A DNA stretch of 64,000 nucleotides from a bacterium (GCA_037131125.1 JBAXRR010000002.1:21605-85604); one strand, 5' to 3'; shown: positions 19,705 to 30,089, counted from the first letter of the stretch. Numbers and translations: made by a program. Notes: generated from the letters alone by a model not told the origin.

Positions 19705-21195
19705 ATGTACTTTCCAGTAATTGGACTTGAAATACATATTCAGTCAAAAACAAATTCAAAAATGTTTTGTAGTTGTTCCTCTCAATACTTTGGGAAAGAA
19801 CCAAACACAAATACTTGTCCAACATGTACTGGAATGCCTGGTGCTCTTCCAGTTATTAACTCCAAAGCAATTGAGAATTGTATAAGACTATCTTTAGCAT
19901 TAAATGCAGAGATAAATAAATTAACTAAATTCGATAGAAAGAACTATTTCTATCCAGATCTTCCAAAAGGTTACCAGATATCTCAGTATGATTTACCAAT
20001 CGGTCACGATGGATTTCTAGGAATAGAAGTGGATGGTGATGATACTAGGATAAAAATTAGAAGAGTTCACCAAGAAGAAGATACTGCTAAATCTCTTCAT
20101 GAGGTAGATGTAGATGAAAATGGAGCATCTAATTACACATTAATAGATTTCAATAAATCTGGAGTAGCATTAATTGAGGTAGTTACAGAACCAGATTTCA
20201 CTAGTACAAAAGAAGTATTTGAATTTGCAAAAGCACTTCAAAAGATTGTGAGATATCTAGATGTTTCAGATGCAAATATGGAGATGGGTCAAATGAGATT
20301 TGAACTTAACATCTCACTTAGAAAAGAAGACCAAAAAGGACTTCCAAATTACAAAGTAGAAGTTAAAAATATTTCTTCCATTTCAGTTCTTGAAAAAGTT
20401 GTTAACTATGAAATAGTAAGACAAACTGAACTTCTTGAAAAAGGTGAAACACCAATACAAGAGACAAGAGGAATAGATGACAAAACAGGAAAGACATTCT
20501 CTCAAAGACTAAAAGAAGGTGCAGAGGACTATAGATACTTTCCAGATCCAGACTTACCAATTTTGACATTTACAGACGAACAAATCGAAAAGTACAAAAA
20601 ATCTCTTCCTGAACTTCCAATTAAAAGAAAACAAAGATTCATTTCAGACTACAAATTGGATCCATCTGTTGCTGGTTTAATTACAGATGAGAAATATAAA
20701 GCAGATTGGTATGAGGAAACTGTAAAGGAACTTTCAAAGTTAGAGAAAAATACAGATGGGGATAAGTATAAACAAGAAGTAATCGACATAGCTAATTTCA
20801 TTGTTGGAGACATCGAAGCTCTTTGTAAGAAAAAAGCTATAGACTTCAAAGATATTAAACTTACAAAAGCTAACCTATCTGAAGCTGTGTACGAATTTAG
20901 AAATGGAAAAATATCTGCATCTGCTGTTAAAAGAATTATTGAGGCTTTCTTAAGCGAAGGTGGAGATGTAAAGAAATATATTGAAGATAATAATCTTTCA
21001 CAAATTAGTAATGAAGGAGAACTTGAAAAGATTGTGGAGAAAGTAATTGCATCTAACCAGGATATTGTTGCTAGCTACAAAAGTGGGAAAGTTAACGCTA
21101 AAAGTGCGTTAGTTGGTCAAGTAATGAGAGAAACAAAAGGCAAAGCAAATCCACAAATAGTGGATAAAATAATTGTAGAGAAACTTGTTTCTTAA
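19705..21195 (+). CDS. gatB: Asp/Glu-tRNA amidotransferase subunit B
   Basis: IGLEIH, PGALPVIN, FDRKNYFYPDLPKGYQISQ, QETR, DYRYFPDPDLP, GQVMRETKGKANP. Confidence 0.97.
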   Translation: MYFPVIGLEIHIQSKTNSKMFCSCSSQYFGKEPNTNTCPTCTGMPGALPVINSKAIENCIRLSLALNAEINKLTKFDRKNYFYPDLPKGYQISQYDLPIGHDGFLGIEVDGDDTRIKIRRVHQEEDTAKSLHEVDVDENGASNYTLIDFNKSGVALIEVVTEPDFTSTKEVFEFAKALQKIVRYLDVSDANMEMGQMRFELNISLRKEDQKGLPNYKVEVKNISSISVLEKVVNYEIVRQTELLEKGETPIQETRGIDDKTGKTFSQRLKEGAEDYRYFPDPDLPILTFTDEQIEKYKKSLPELPIKRKQRFISDYKLDPSVAGLITDEKYKADWYEETVKELSKLEKNTDGDKYKQEVIDIANFIVGDIEALCKKKAIDFKDIKLTKANLSEAVYEFRNGKISASAVKRIIEAFLSEGGDVKKYIEDNNLSQISNEGELEKIVEKVIASNQDIVASYKSGKVNAKSALVGQVMRETKGKANPQIVDKIIVEKLVS

Positions 21196-21227
21196 TATAC
21201 TAGGTAATAAGCTATTAAATACTCTCT

Positions 21228-21926
21228 ATGCAAAAAATCTCAGCAAAGTTGGGTTTGGCAATGTTAATACTTTCAGTTTCGTTTTTTGCATTACAAACAA
21301 ATGTTCTTGCAGTAGTATCTTCAACTAGTTCTGCTAGCTCCTCATCTAGTGATGGATTAATAAGGCCTCAAGTAGTAAGTGATTCTTCGATTAGTGCATT
21401 TACAGATACAAATTCAGCAATATCTTCTAGCACATCTAGTAGTGGATATAGCGCAAATCAGACAATAAAACTTACACTTGAGAAACAGATTCAAAGTATC
21501 TTTGATAAAACAGAACCAGTTAAATTAACAATAGAATCTGGAATAGATACAGACAGATTAGAAATAAGTTGGACCTACGATGACAAAAGTTTATCTTTAG
21601 CAGAGAAAAGCACTGAATTTAAAACAATAAAAAAAGATACTCCACTTGTTCTTACATATAACTTTACTCCACTTAAAGAAGGAGTTAACAAGGTATATGT
21701 TAGAGTTCAAGCTTGGCAAAACGAAGCTAATTATCCAGAAGTTTCTTCAATAGAGCTTACATTTAACAAAGATCTAGAGATAGTTCCTCAAACAAGTGAA
21801 TATCAAAATAATTTATTCATATTTAATACTTTCAAAACAGTAATCTTAATAGTCATTGCCGGAGGAATACTTGGAGTTGCCTTCTTACTACTAAAAAGAT
21901 TTTTCAGATGGTTTGAAAAGGATTAG
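21228..21926 (+). CDS. Exported protein with Ser-rich linker and C-terminal membrane anchor
   Basis: Signal peptide (TNVLA), poly-Ser, beta-rich domain, VPQTS, C-terminal TM plus KR. Confidence 0.7.
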   Translation: MQKISAKLGLAMLILSVSFFALQTNVLAVVSSTSSASSSSSDGLIRPQVVSDSSISAFTDTNSAISSSTSSSGYSANQTIKLTLEKQIQSIFDKTEPVKLTIESGIDTDRLEISWTYDDKSLSLAEKSTEFKTIKKDTPLVLTYNFTPLKEGVNKVYVRVQAWQNEANYPEVSSIELTFNKDLEIVPQTSEYQNNLFIFNTFKTVILIVIAGGILGVAFLLLKRFFRWFEKD

Positions 21927-21940
21927 AAAAAAATCTAGTA

Positions 21941-23701
21941 ATGAAATGGATTTATGAAAGTGAACCTGACAAGAAAGTACTCTCTTCACTTCAAAAACAA
22001 AACAAAAAATTAGAAGCTCCCTTAAGTGATCCAGTTATTACTTTAATATCTAAGTTAAACATAACTGAACTTGAGGATTTCCTTTTCCCAGATGACGATT
22101 TCTTCTCCCCTTCTCTAATTCCGAATATTGAAGTAGCATCTAAATTTATTATTGAAGCAATTGAAAAGAAGACTCCAATAATTATTCACGGAGATTTTGA
22201 TGCAGATGGAATTACTGCAACCTCAATTCTTTTCGATTTTCTCTATTTCAAATGTGAAGCAAATGTAGTCCCATACATTCCATCTAGAGTAGATGAAGGA
22301 TATGGACTATCTAATGAATCTCTTGGGACAATACTTACTAAACAAGATGGAAAAACAAAACCTTTAATAATCTCTGTAGACTGTGGAGTCAAAGATAATG
22401 ATCTAGTAGATGACAAATGGTACAAAGATTTTGACTTCATAATTACAGATCACCATGAGATGAAGAAAGTAGAAGATAAAATTGTTTACTCCAAGAAAGC
22501 TAAGGCAATTGTCCATCCAAGATTTCCAGGTTCTAAATATCCATTTCAAAGTATTTCAGGAGCATCGGTTGCATGGAAACTTGTGTGCCAAATATCCAAA
22601 GATTTTCCAAAACTTAAGGGATATGATCCAAATGAATACTTAGATTTAGTAGCAATATCTACAATTTGTGACCTAATGCCTCTACTTTCTGAAAACAGAA
22701 AATTTGTTAAGTTTGGATTGGAAAGACTTAACAATACTAATAGACTTGGATTAATTGAGCTTCTCAAAGTCTCTGGGTTAATAGAAAATGGCAGAATTAA
22801 AAAATTAGATACATATCATATTGGGTTTGTTATTGGACCAAGACTAAATGCAACTGGAAGGCTTGGAAAAGCCATAGATGCAGTAAAGCTATTATGCACA
22901 AGAAGTACATCACAAGCTGAAAAGATTGCTAGTGAGATTAATAACTTAAATATTGAACGTCAAAATATTACTAAAGAACTATTCCTTGAAGCTAAGGAGC
23001 AAGCGAACGGTAAACTGGAGAATAGGATAATAACAATTAAAGGAAAGAATTGGCCTGAAGGAATTGTTGGACTCATTGCTGGGAAACTTACCGAAGAATT
23101 TGCAAGACCAAGCATTGTTTTCGCAATATCTGAAGATAAAGTAACTGCATCTGCAAGAAGTACCAAAACATTTAATATTACTGAAACTCTTTCACATAAT
23201 TCTAAACATCTAATAAGGTTTGGAGGGCACGCAGGTGCTGCAGGACTATCTCTACATGCGGATAAGCTAGATCTGTTTATTGAAGAAATTACTACATATA
23301 CAAATCTAAACTTTCCTGTTTCCGAAAGTGGTGAAATAGAAAAAGAATTAACAATTAATCTCAAAGCAGAAATAAAAGAACTATCTTTGAAATTAGCAAA
23401 AGAACTTTCTCAACTAGAGCCATTTGGAATGGAAAATCCTGAACCTGTATTTTCACTTAGTAATCTCAGAGTTGTAAATATTTCCAAAATGGGACAAATG
23501 GGAACTCACATTAGAGTTACACTCCAAGATATTAAATCTTCAGAGACAATATCTGCAATTGGTTTCAACATGGTAGATAAGTGTGAGAGTATACTCCCTG
23601 GAGATAAAGTAGATCTTGCGTTTAATATTAAAATTAACCGTTGGAATGGAAATGAATCACTGGAAATACTAATTAAAGATATTAAAAAGATATTTGCATA
23701 A
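21941..23701 (+). CDS. recJ: Single-stranded-DNA exonuclease
   Basis: GDFDADG, EGYG, SVDCG, TDHH, GPRLNATGRL, GGHAGAAG, LEPFGMENPEP. Confidence 0.96.
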   Translation: MKWIYESEPDKKVLSSLQKQNKKLEAPLSDPVITLISKLNITELEDFLFPDDDFFSPSLIPNIEVASKFIIEAIEKKTPIIIHGDFDADGITATSILFDFLYFKCEANVVPYIPSRVDEGYGLSNESLGTILTKQDGKTKPLIISVDCGVKDNDLVDDKWYKDFDFIITDHHEMKKVEDKIVYSKKAKAIVHPRFPGSKYPFQSISGASVAWKLVCQISKDFPKLKGYDPNEYLDLVAISTICDLMPLLSENRKFVKFGLERLNNTNRLGLIELLKVSGLIENGRIKKLDTYHIGFVIGPRLNATGRLGKAIDAVKLLCTRSTSQAEKIASEINNLNIERQNITKELFLEAKEQANGKLENRIITIKGKNWPEGIVGLIAGKLTEEFARPSIVFAISEDKVTASARSTKTFNITETLSHNSKHLIRFGGHAGAAGLSLHADKLDLFIEEITTYTNLNFPVSESGEIEKELTINLKAEIKELSLKLAKELSQLEPFGMENPEPVFSLSNLRVVNISKMGQMGTHIRVTLQDIKSSETISAIGFNMVDKCESILPGDKVDLAFNIKINRWNGNESLEILIKDIKKIFA

Positions 23702-23713
23702 TATTTCATTTCT

Positions 23714-24142
23714 TTGTATCTTTTCTTAGTTAATACAAGATATATGCCTGTAAAAGTTTCTTTTAAAACTGGTCTTCTCGAATTCTTCAATCTAATTTGT
23801 CTTTTAGTTGTTGTATTAGTTATTCCTATAGCCACAGCTGTTGCATTTCAAGCAGTTGATCAAAATACAATGCAAGGTAAAAGTGTCTTAGGTGTAAGTG
23901 AAGATGCAACAAATAAGGTGGATCCAACAAAAGATAACACTGCAACTCTTACAAATGTATCCGAAAAATTATCCACTATTAATGATAATTCAGTAAGTAC
24001 CAAGATACTAATTGCCATTGGTGCTGCACTATTTGCAGTAACAATATTCTTGGTAGTCACATTAGTAAGTAGCGTATACAAAAAGCCAAGTAAGGAAAAG
24101 ATTCAAAAAAGTGATAAGATACTTTTCAGTTCAGAACCTTAA
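23714..24142 (+). CDS. Small two-TM hypothetical protein; likely start 23744
   Basis: Two hydrophobic segments flanking a loop containing VLGVS. Confidence 0.6.
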   Translation: MYLFLVNTRYMPVKVSFKTGLLEFFNLICLLVVVLVIPIATAVAFQAVDQNTMQGKSVLGVSEDATNKVDPTKDNTATLTNVSEKLSTINDNSVSTKILIAIGAALFAVTIFLVVTLVSSVYKKPSKEKIQKSDKILFSSEP

Positions 24143-25025
24143 GTTTAACTTCTTCTGGAAGAATTTCTCTAATACTCTCCCCCACTACAAAGCTTGCTGT
24201 TGCATATGCATCTGCAACAATAGCAGTTGGAGCACTAACAAACACAGATTTAATACCTTCCCTTGGTTTACCAGTTTTAGGATCTATTAAGTGATGGAAA
24301 TATTTTACTTTTCTTGCAAAACTTCCAGAACATGCAATTGCAAATCCTGGATCTAGTTCCATTCTCCCAATATTTTCAGAAGGATTATCTGGATTAGAAA
24401 GACCTACTACCCATTTGTGTTTACTTAGATCCTTTGAATTTAAATCGTAAGTAAAGCCACCACACCTAATATCTCCCCCAGCTTCTATTAAGAAGTTTTC
24501 TAGTGGAAGTAACTCTTTATGCGCAAGATCTATTGCATAACCTTTACCACACCCACCAAGGTCAATTCTTTGACCTTTCTCAAGAGTAATATAATAATCT
24601 TTATTACTAGTCTCCAATTTAATATCTTTGTAACTTTTCCTTGTCTTAACTATTGTTTCTATTTCTTTTTCCATCATCTCTTTATTATCTAGTTTGGAGA
24701 AGTCATAACGTTTGTCATAACCATAGGCTTCAAGAATATCTATTATTGTGGGATCAAATGCACCATTTGTCTTTGAGGCTAAATCTAATGAAAATTTAAT
24801 TAATTCATACAACTCTTTAGACACTTTATGCTTATTTCCACTATCTTTATTAAGTTTACTTAGTTCACTTGAATCGTCAAAACGGGAAAACTTCTCAACA
24901 ACATAATTAAATTTTGAATAGGCTTTATCGAAGTACTTTTGAATTTCTGATTTAGAGAAATTTGAATACGACTGAATATTTATCTTCGTATTCATATACA
25001 CTTTTGTATCTAAATGGAAAACCAT
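24126..25025 (-). CDS. apbE: FAD:protein FMN transferase (ApbE family)
   Basis: FSRFDDSSELSKLN, GAFDPTI, IDLGGCGKGYAID, EAGGDI, IACSG, HHLIDPKTG, ADAYATA. Confidence 0.88.
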   Translation of the reverse strand: MVFHLDTKVYMNTKINIQSYSNFSKSEIQKYFDKAYSKFNYVVEKFSRFDDSSELSKLNKDSGNKHKVSKELYELIKFSLDLASKTNGAFDPTIIDILEAYGYDKRYDFSKLDNKEMMEKEIETIVKTRKSYKDIKLETSNKDYYITLEKGQRIDLGGCGKGYAIDLAHKELLPLENFLIEAGGDIRCGGFTYDLNSKDLSKHKWVVGLSNPDNPSENIGRMELDPGFAIACSGSFARKVKYFHHLIDPKTGKPREGIKSVFVSAPTAIVADAYATASFVVGESIREILPEEVKLKVLN

Positions 25026-25030
25026 TGTGG

Positions 25031-25843
25031 TTATTCTTCATAGCTAGATTTTCTCGACCTGATTGTAGCAGAAAATCCAAGAACTATTAGAAGTGTTGCT
25101 GCGAATAGTGTTGCAAGCACACTTACTGTATCTGCCGAAAGTGCTGTGCCTGGTAATTTACTAGATGATGTAGATGATGCAATTGATTCGTTACTTATTG
25201 TACTTACAGTACTTGTTGTAGATTCTGAAGCAGCGGTTCCAAGAACAAGACTTAATGCTTGGTAGTTAAGAGGTACACTTGTATCTGTTGTACTTATAGC
25301 AATTGTATTAGAGCTATCTTTAGTTATGGTAAAAGTACCAGCAGTCTTTGCCTTGAAACTAATTTCAGCAACTTTTCTATTAACTGTATTTGCATTACTT
25401 GTATTTGCCTCTAAGGTTACTACACCAGAAGTTGAATTAATAGAATTTGTTTTAACAGTAAAGAATGTATCTATTACTTTGAGTTGAATACCAGATGTAG
25501 TTGAATCCGAATCTATTACGTCAACTAAAGATTTATCGTAAGTTAATTGAACTTTATATGACTTAATACTTGTTTGCCCACTGGAAATTGTAATAGATAC
25601 TTTGAAAGTATCCCCTATCTTTGGGTTTTGTACATCAGATGCCAAAGTTAGATTTACTGTAGATGTAGCCGTGGAAGTAGTAGCTGGAATTTCAAATGGA
25701 CCATCATACGGAAATGTTGGTTTAGCTACAGCATCTACTGAAGCTGAAGCTGACGAAGACCCAGAAGATGCAACCTGAGCAAGGATTATCCTCATCTCGG
25801 TCGAAGCACTATCTCCCTTTTTCAAAGAATTTACATTATCCAT
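25031..25843 (-). CDS. Cohesin-like domain protein with LPGTA-TM sorting signal
   Basis: GDTFKVSITI..YKVQLTYD..VAEISFKAK; Ser/Thr linker; LPGTALS, TM, RSRK. Confidence 0.75.
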   Translation of the reverse strand: MDNVNSLKKGDSASTEMRIILAQVASSGSSSASASVDAVAKPTFPYDGPFEIPATTSTATSTVNLTLASDVQNPKIGDTFKVSITISSGQTSIKSYKVQLTYDKSLVDVIDSDSTTSGIQLKVIDTFFTVKTNSINSTSGVVTLEANTSNANTVNRKVAEISFKAKTAGTFTITKDSSNTIAISTTDTSVPLNYQALSLVLGTAASESTTSTVSTISNESIASSTSSSKLPGTALSADTVSVLATLFAATLLIVLGFSATIRSRKSSYEE

Positions 25844-25872
25844 TCCTTTCAGTTTGCTATTTTTTTTGTGAT

Positions 25873-25900
25873 TTGTAAAGAAGAAGAGTGAGTGTATAAT
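25873..25900 (+). promoter_or_regulatory. sigma70-type promoter of fmt (probably leaderless)
   Basis: TTGTAA-N16-TATAAT-N5-ATG. Confidence 0.55.
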
Positions 25901-25905
25901 TAGGC

Positions 25906-26901
25906 ATGCGAATTAAAACACTATTCTTTGGTAGTCCAGAATTTGGATTAACAATATTAAAAAGCTTAATTTCTTTAGATTACATTGAAATTGTAGGTAT
26001 AGTAACCCAACCAGACAAAGAGTTTGGAAGAAAGAAAGTACTCAAATCTACTCCAGTAAAAGAGTTTATTAAGCAAAGTCATCCAGAAATTAAAGTATTC
26101 GAACCAGTTAAACTAAAAGCAGTAGCTTTAGATATTTTAGAAGAAGCTAAACCTGAACTTATCGTAGTAGCTGCGTATGGGAAAATACTACCAGATAGCA
26201 TTATTAACTATCCAAAATATAAATGTTTAAATGTACATGGATCACTTCTTCCAATACTTAGAGGTGCAGTTCCTGTACAAATGGCAATATTAAAAGGCTT
26301 TAAGGAGACTGGTGTATCCATACAGATTATGAAACAAGAAATGGATGAAGGAGATATATTATTCTCAAAATCTATAATCATAGAAGATAGAGATACATCA
26401 AAGACACTAATGGATAAAATGGCAGTACTTGGATCGGAAATAATTAAGAGTAACCTAACAGATTACATTGAAGGGAAAGTTACACCAATAAAACAAGATA
26501 GTACAAAGGCAACGTATTGCTTCCTCACTGATTTATCTTATGAAAAAGCATTAATAGATTGGGGAAAAGATTCAACTGAGATAGATAGATTAATAAGAAC
26601 ATTTAATCCTGAACCAATTGCGTACACTAATGGATTAGTAGTAAAACTTATGGATAAGTTTGTGTGTAATATTAAGATAGATGGAAAAGTAAAAATTTAC
26701 GAATCTAGTTTGTTAGAAAGTTCAGATAATTTAGAAATTCCTCAGAATTTAGAAATTCATACTGGTGAAGGTATAGTCCTAAATGGGAAACTACTCATAA
26801 AAACTTCAGGTAACTTTATTTGTATTCTTAAGTTACAATTAGAAGGAAAGAATATTGTTTCATCATCGGATTTTATTAACGGATTAAAAAATAGAGTTTA
26901 A
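25906..26901 (+). CDS. fmt: Methionyl-tRNA formyltransferase
   Basis: FFGSPEF, VTQPD, VAAYGKIL, NVHGSLLP..RGAVP, MDEGDI. Confidence 0.95.
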   Translation: MRIKTLFFGSPEFGLTILKSLISLDYIEIVGIVTQPDKEFGRKKVLKSTPVKEFIKQSHPEIKVFEPVKLKAVALDILEEAKPELIVVAAYGKILPDSIINYPKYKCLNVHGSLLPILRGAVPVQMAILKGFKETGVSIQIMKQEMDEGDILFSKSIIIEDRDTSKTLMDKMAVLGSEIIKSNLTDYIEGKVTPIKQDSTKATYCFLTDLSYEKALIDWGKDSTEIDRLIRTFNPEPIAYTNGLVVKLMDKFVCNIKIDGKVKIYESSLLESSDNLEIPQNLEIHTGEGIVLNGKLLIKTSGNFICILKLQLEGKNIVSSSDFINGLKNRV

Positions 26902-26905
26902 GTAT

Positions 26906-27628
26906 ATGCAGTACTTTACTTCTTTCTTAACAAAACAAACTTCACTTGGTTCAATTGTTTGGCCAGATAAATCTTATCTAGATGACTACACTTGGGAACA
27001 AATAAAAAGATTGTATAAGTGGACTAGTGAAGATATGCATGAATATGAGGTATCTTTGTTTAATATAGACAGTGACATAATATTCTCACCTATAGATAGA
27101 GGAAATTACCAAAAAGTAATAAGTTCACATAGTGCAGAGGTTAAGTATCTACCAGATAATAAAACTCATACATATCTAAAACATATGTATTCAGATCATG
27201 AACTGGTTAGAAAAAGATTAATAAAAGTTGAAGAACTTCCTAAACAAATTGTTGTTAAATATCTTTTCAATTTTCATACACATCCACAATATAACCAGCA
27301 AGATTTAATGCAACTTCAGATGAAGACTCCTCAAATGGATCAGGAGAGATTCTATAGTTTCTTCTCAGGAACAGATGTTAATACCCTTCTTTCTAATGGA
27401 AATTATTGTATTGGACTCATTACAGACAGAGTCTGGATACTTTGTAAAACAGTGAGATCTCCAGATAAATTAACTGAACTACAATCTGAAATGCTTCATG
27501 AAGTAACTAGAAATAAATTAACAAATCCAGATATTCCAATAATTGATCTTGCAGGAAAGATATTAGCCGAAACTAATCTAAAGCTATATACAGCAAGATT
27601 CAACGAACCTTTGGATCTGTTAAATTAG
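26906..27628 (+). CDS. Putative JAB/MPN-like metalloenzyme
   Basis: Early Glu (MHEYE), FHTHP, then FSGTD: E...HxH...SxxD arrangement with a long insert. Confidence 0.5.
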   Translation: MQYFTSFLTKQTSLGSIVWPDKSYLDDYTWEQIKRLYKWTSEDMHEYEVSLFNIDSDIIFSPIDRGNYQKVISSHSAEVKYLPDNKTHTYLKHMYSDHELVRKRLIKVEELPKQIVVKYLFNFHTHPQYNQQDLMQLQMKTPQMDQERFYSFFSGTDVNTLLSNGNYCIGLITDRVWILCKTVRSPDKLTELQSEMLHEVTRNKLTNPDIPIIDLAGKILAETNLKLYTARFNEPLDLLN

Positions 27629-27631
27629 ACT
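27473..27631 (+). repeat. 159-bp direct repeat, copy 1 (3' end of JAB-like gene)
   Basis: 152/159 identical to 29934..30092. Confidence 0.95.
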
Positions 27632-29229
27632 TTTTCGCTAATTGCACTTAATCTTTTGAGTTTTAATTCCTTGAATAGAAAGTAAAGAACAATGGCTAAC
27701 ATTGTCACTATAAATAGGAATACGATTATATAGATTTGTAAAGAATTACCGGAAGAAACAGTGCTATTATTTGATGCACTGCTTGTAGTAATCAATGGTT
27801 GTGAATAAGCTAAATCAAATTCTCCAATCTTTTCTGCTTCCCCAGCAGGTTCACCACTTTCATTTATACGAGTTGCTAACACCGTATGTTTACCTTCTTC
27901 CAGTTCATTTACAAGAACTAAAACCCATTTTCCATCACTATCTGTATTAACTTGTTTTTCAATTATTTTACTCTGTATAGTTATTTTTAAAGTTGCGTTT
28001 GCTGGACCATTTCCAGTTAATGTAACAACATTTTGATTATTGGTATATTCTATTGTTGGTTTTTCCAATACAATTCCCAAAGTATTAATTTCAGGTACAA
28101 CTTCTACTACTTCAGGAGTTGTAACAGGAGTTGAGGTTCTTCTAGAGTTAATATTAAAGCTATACGTACTACTATTTGTAGAATTATTACTCTCATTCGA
28201 ACTTGACAATGATGAGAACGTGCCACTATTAGTACTACTGCTACTGCTTGTATTTATACTACTTTGAGAACTACTAAGTGAACTTGACGAAGATAAAGAA
28301 CTAGAAGATGAGCTTGAAATAGCTTCAGGAACAGCTTTTCCAACACCTTTTAATACCAACTTAGAACCTGACCCGAATAGTGTATTTAAATATGGTCGTT
28401 GCTCTCCAAAGTACTTATCAATTTGGACACTCCCTGAATTAGTTGGTGTGAAAGTAAAAGTAATAACCTTTTCACCTTTTGCGTTAATTACAAAACTAGT
28501 CCCATCTACATTTGATGTAAAACCATTTTCCATTGGATCTCCATATGTATTAAAAGTTTCTACAGTAGAATTATCATAGAGTTTAACTGTCAATGATTTT
28601 GAATCTCCAATATTTACTTCTCCAAAGTCTAAAGTTGAAGGAGAAAAACTTGTGTAAGGAAGTTTGAAATATACCCTGGCCTTTGCATTAATTGTAGCAC
28701 TTACATCAGGTATACAATCTGGAGGGTTTACATTAGTGTTACAGTAATATGGGCTGAAATATATCGTATTTGTAAGATCACAATATATTTTCCCAGTACT
28801 AATACATGATGTTAATGCTGAAAGATTTGGTACAAATTTTAGACCAATACTTCCTGATCGATTTTGAGGTATGCCCTCACTACCAAGACTATATGTAACA
28901 TATCGTTCATTTGAATATTTTTGTGTATCTATATTCGCAACATAAAAAGGGTTTTTACCTGAATTTGTTATTGGATAATAATTAAAAATGCCGATTTTAG
29001 ATATTGTGTTATTGGTCCAAGTACTGTTATTACCTTTATTTTCAAAATATGCGGAACCGAAAATTTCCTTATTACATAGTCCAGTATCGAAATCAAAATC
29101 ACAACTTCCAAGATCTACAGTAATAGGATCAGGGGAAATATTTGCAGTAGCGTGAACTTTAAATGAAAAAAGTAATCCAAATGATGTAAATAGAAAAATA
29201 AAGAAAAATGTTTTTAATACTTTCCCCAT
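27625..29229 (-). CDS. Surface protein: signal peptide, ASH/choice-of-anchor-D-like Ig domain, poly-Ser linker, bacterial Ig-like domain, C-terminal TM
   Basis: KVHA signal; SPSTLDFGEVNIGDSKSLTV..TFTPTNSG; LTGNGPANA..TDSDGKW..GKHTV; TM plus KELKLKR. Confidence 0.8.
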   Translation of the reverse strand: MGKVLKTFFFIFLFTSFGLLFSFKVHATANISPDPITVDLGSCDFDFDTGLCNKEIFGSAYFENKGNNSTWTNNTISKIGIFNYYPITNSGKNPFYVANIDTQKYSNERYVTYSLGSEGIPQNRSGSIGLKFVPNLSALTSCISTGKIYCDLTNTIYFSPYYCNTNVNPPDCIPDVSATINAKARVYFKLPYTSFSPSTLDFGEVNIGDSKSLTVKLYDNSTVETFNTYGDPMENGFTSNVDGTSFVINAKGEKVITFTFTPTNSGSVQIDKYFGEQRPYLNTLFGSGSKLVLKGVGKAVPEAISSSSSSSLSSSSSLSSSQSSINTSSSSSTNSGTFSSLSSSNESNNSTNSSTYSFNINSRRTSTPVTTPEVVEVVPEINTLGIVLEKPTIEYTNNQNVVTLTGNGPANATLKITIQSKIIEKQVNTDSDGKWVLVLVNELEEGKHTVLATRINESGEPAGEAEKIGEFDLAYSQPLITTSSASNNSTVSSGNSLQIYIIVFLFIVTMLAIVLYFLFKELKLKRLSAISEKV

Positions 29230-29264
29230 ATTAGACTTTCAATAATAAATATTAATTAGATTCT

Positions 29265-29825
29265 TTATTTCACTACTTTAGAAGAAGGATTTAAATATCC
29301 TTTCTTTCCTGAAATATTTGTATAAGCAATTTGTTGATGTAAGTTAAAAAGTCCGATAGGGTTCATTTGAACATAACTTCCTATGTCACTACTCTCTGCC
29401 GCTTTAAATACAAAACTAAATTTATTATCTTTATTTATTCTTGCATAAATCCTTGGCATTGGATCTCCAATACCTGTATTTTGAGGTCTAAAATAGTTAA
29501 CAATACCCACTTCTGTGTTTGTATAGTTATATATTGCTTTACTGTCTCCTAATATTGATAGTGGATATTTGCTAACTTTACCTGAAATTTCGTAGATTTC
29601 ACCTGCGATTATGTTATCTGTAGGATTAACTTCTTTATTATTCTTAACAAGAGTTATCTTTGTATCAACGAGATTGATTGTTTCGGTTACAGGGGCAATA
29701 TCAGCTTTTGCTTTTTGTGGTAATGTACTTTGCTGTAATAAAATAAGACTAAAAACTCCAATTGCAGAAAAAACGAGAATCACAGCCAATGCTGAAAGCA
29801 ATAAAAGCCTACTCTTTCTGTTCAT
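29265..29825 (-). CDS. Exported/membrane-anchored hypothetical protein
   Basis: 186 aa; N-terminal hydrophobic segment ending KAKA. Confidence 0.7.
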   Translation of the reverse strand: MNRKSRLLLLSALAVILVFSAIGVFSLILLQQSTLPQKAKADIAPVTETINLVDTKITLVKNNKEVNPTDNIIAGEIYEISGKVSKYPLSILGDSKAIYNYTNTEVGIVNYFRPQNTGIGDPMPRIYARINKDNKFSFVFKAAESSDIGSYVQMNPIGLFNLHQQIAYTNISGKKGYLNPSSKVVK

Positions 29826-29888
29826 ATTTCATAAATAATAATTATTATTACAAACATATCATATATATAATATGTTTGATGTACACTA

Positions 29889-30089
29889 ATGTCAAAACAT
29901 ATTTTTGATATGTGGGAACGTAATAGAAAGCGGACTGAATTACAATCTGAAATGCTCCATGAAGTAACTAGAAATAAATTAACAAATCCAGATATTCCAA
30001 TAATTGATCTTGCAGGAAAGATATTAGCTGAAACTAATCTAAAGCTATATACAGCAAGATTCAACGAACCATTGGATTTATTAAACTAG
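29889..30089 (+). pseudogene. Duplicated 3' fragment of the JAB-like gene (possible 66-aa mini-ORF)
   Basis: Last 51 aa identical to the C-terminus of 26906..27628; in-frame ATG 15 codons upstream. Confidence 0.65.

Noticed and set aside
26728-26760. Short duplication AATTTAGAAATTC (NLEIPQNLEIH) in fmt
   Set aside because: In-frame micro-duplication in a variable C-terminal loop.
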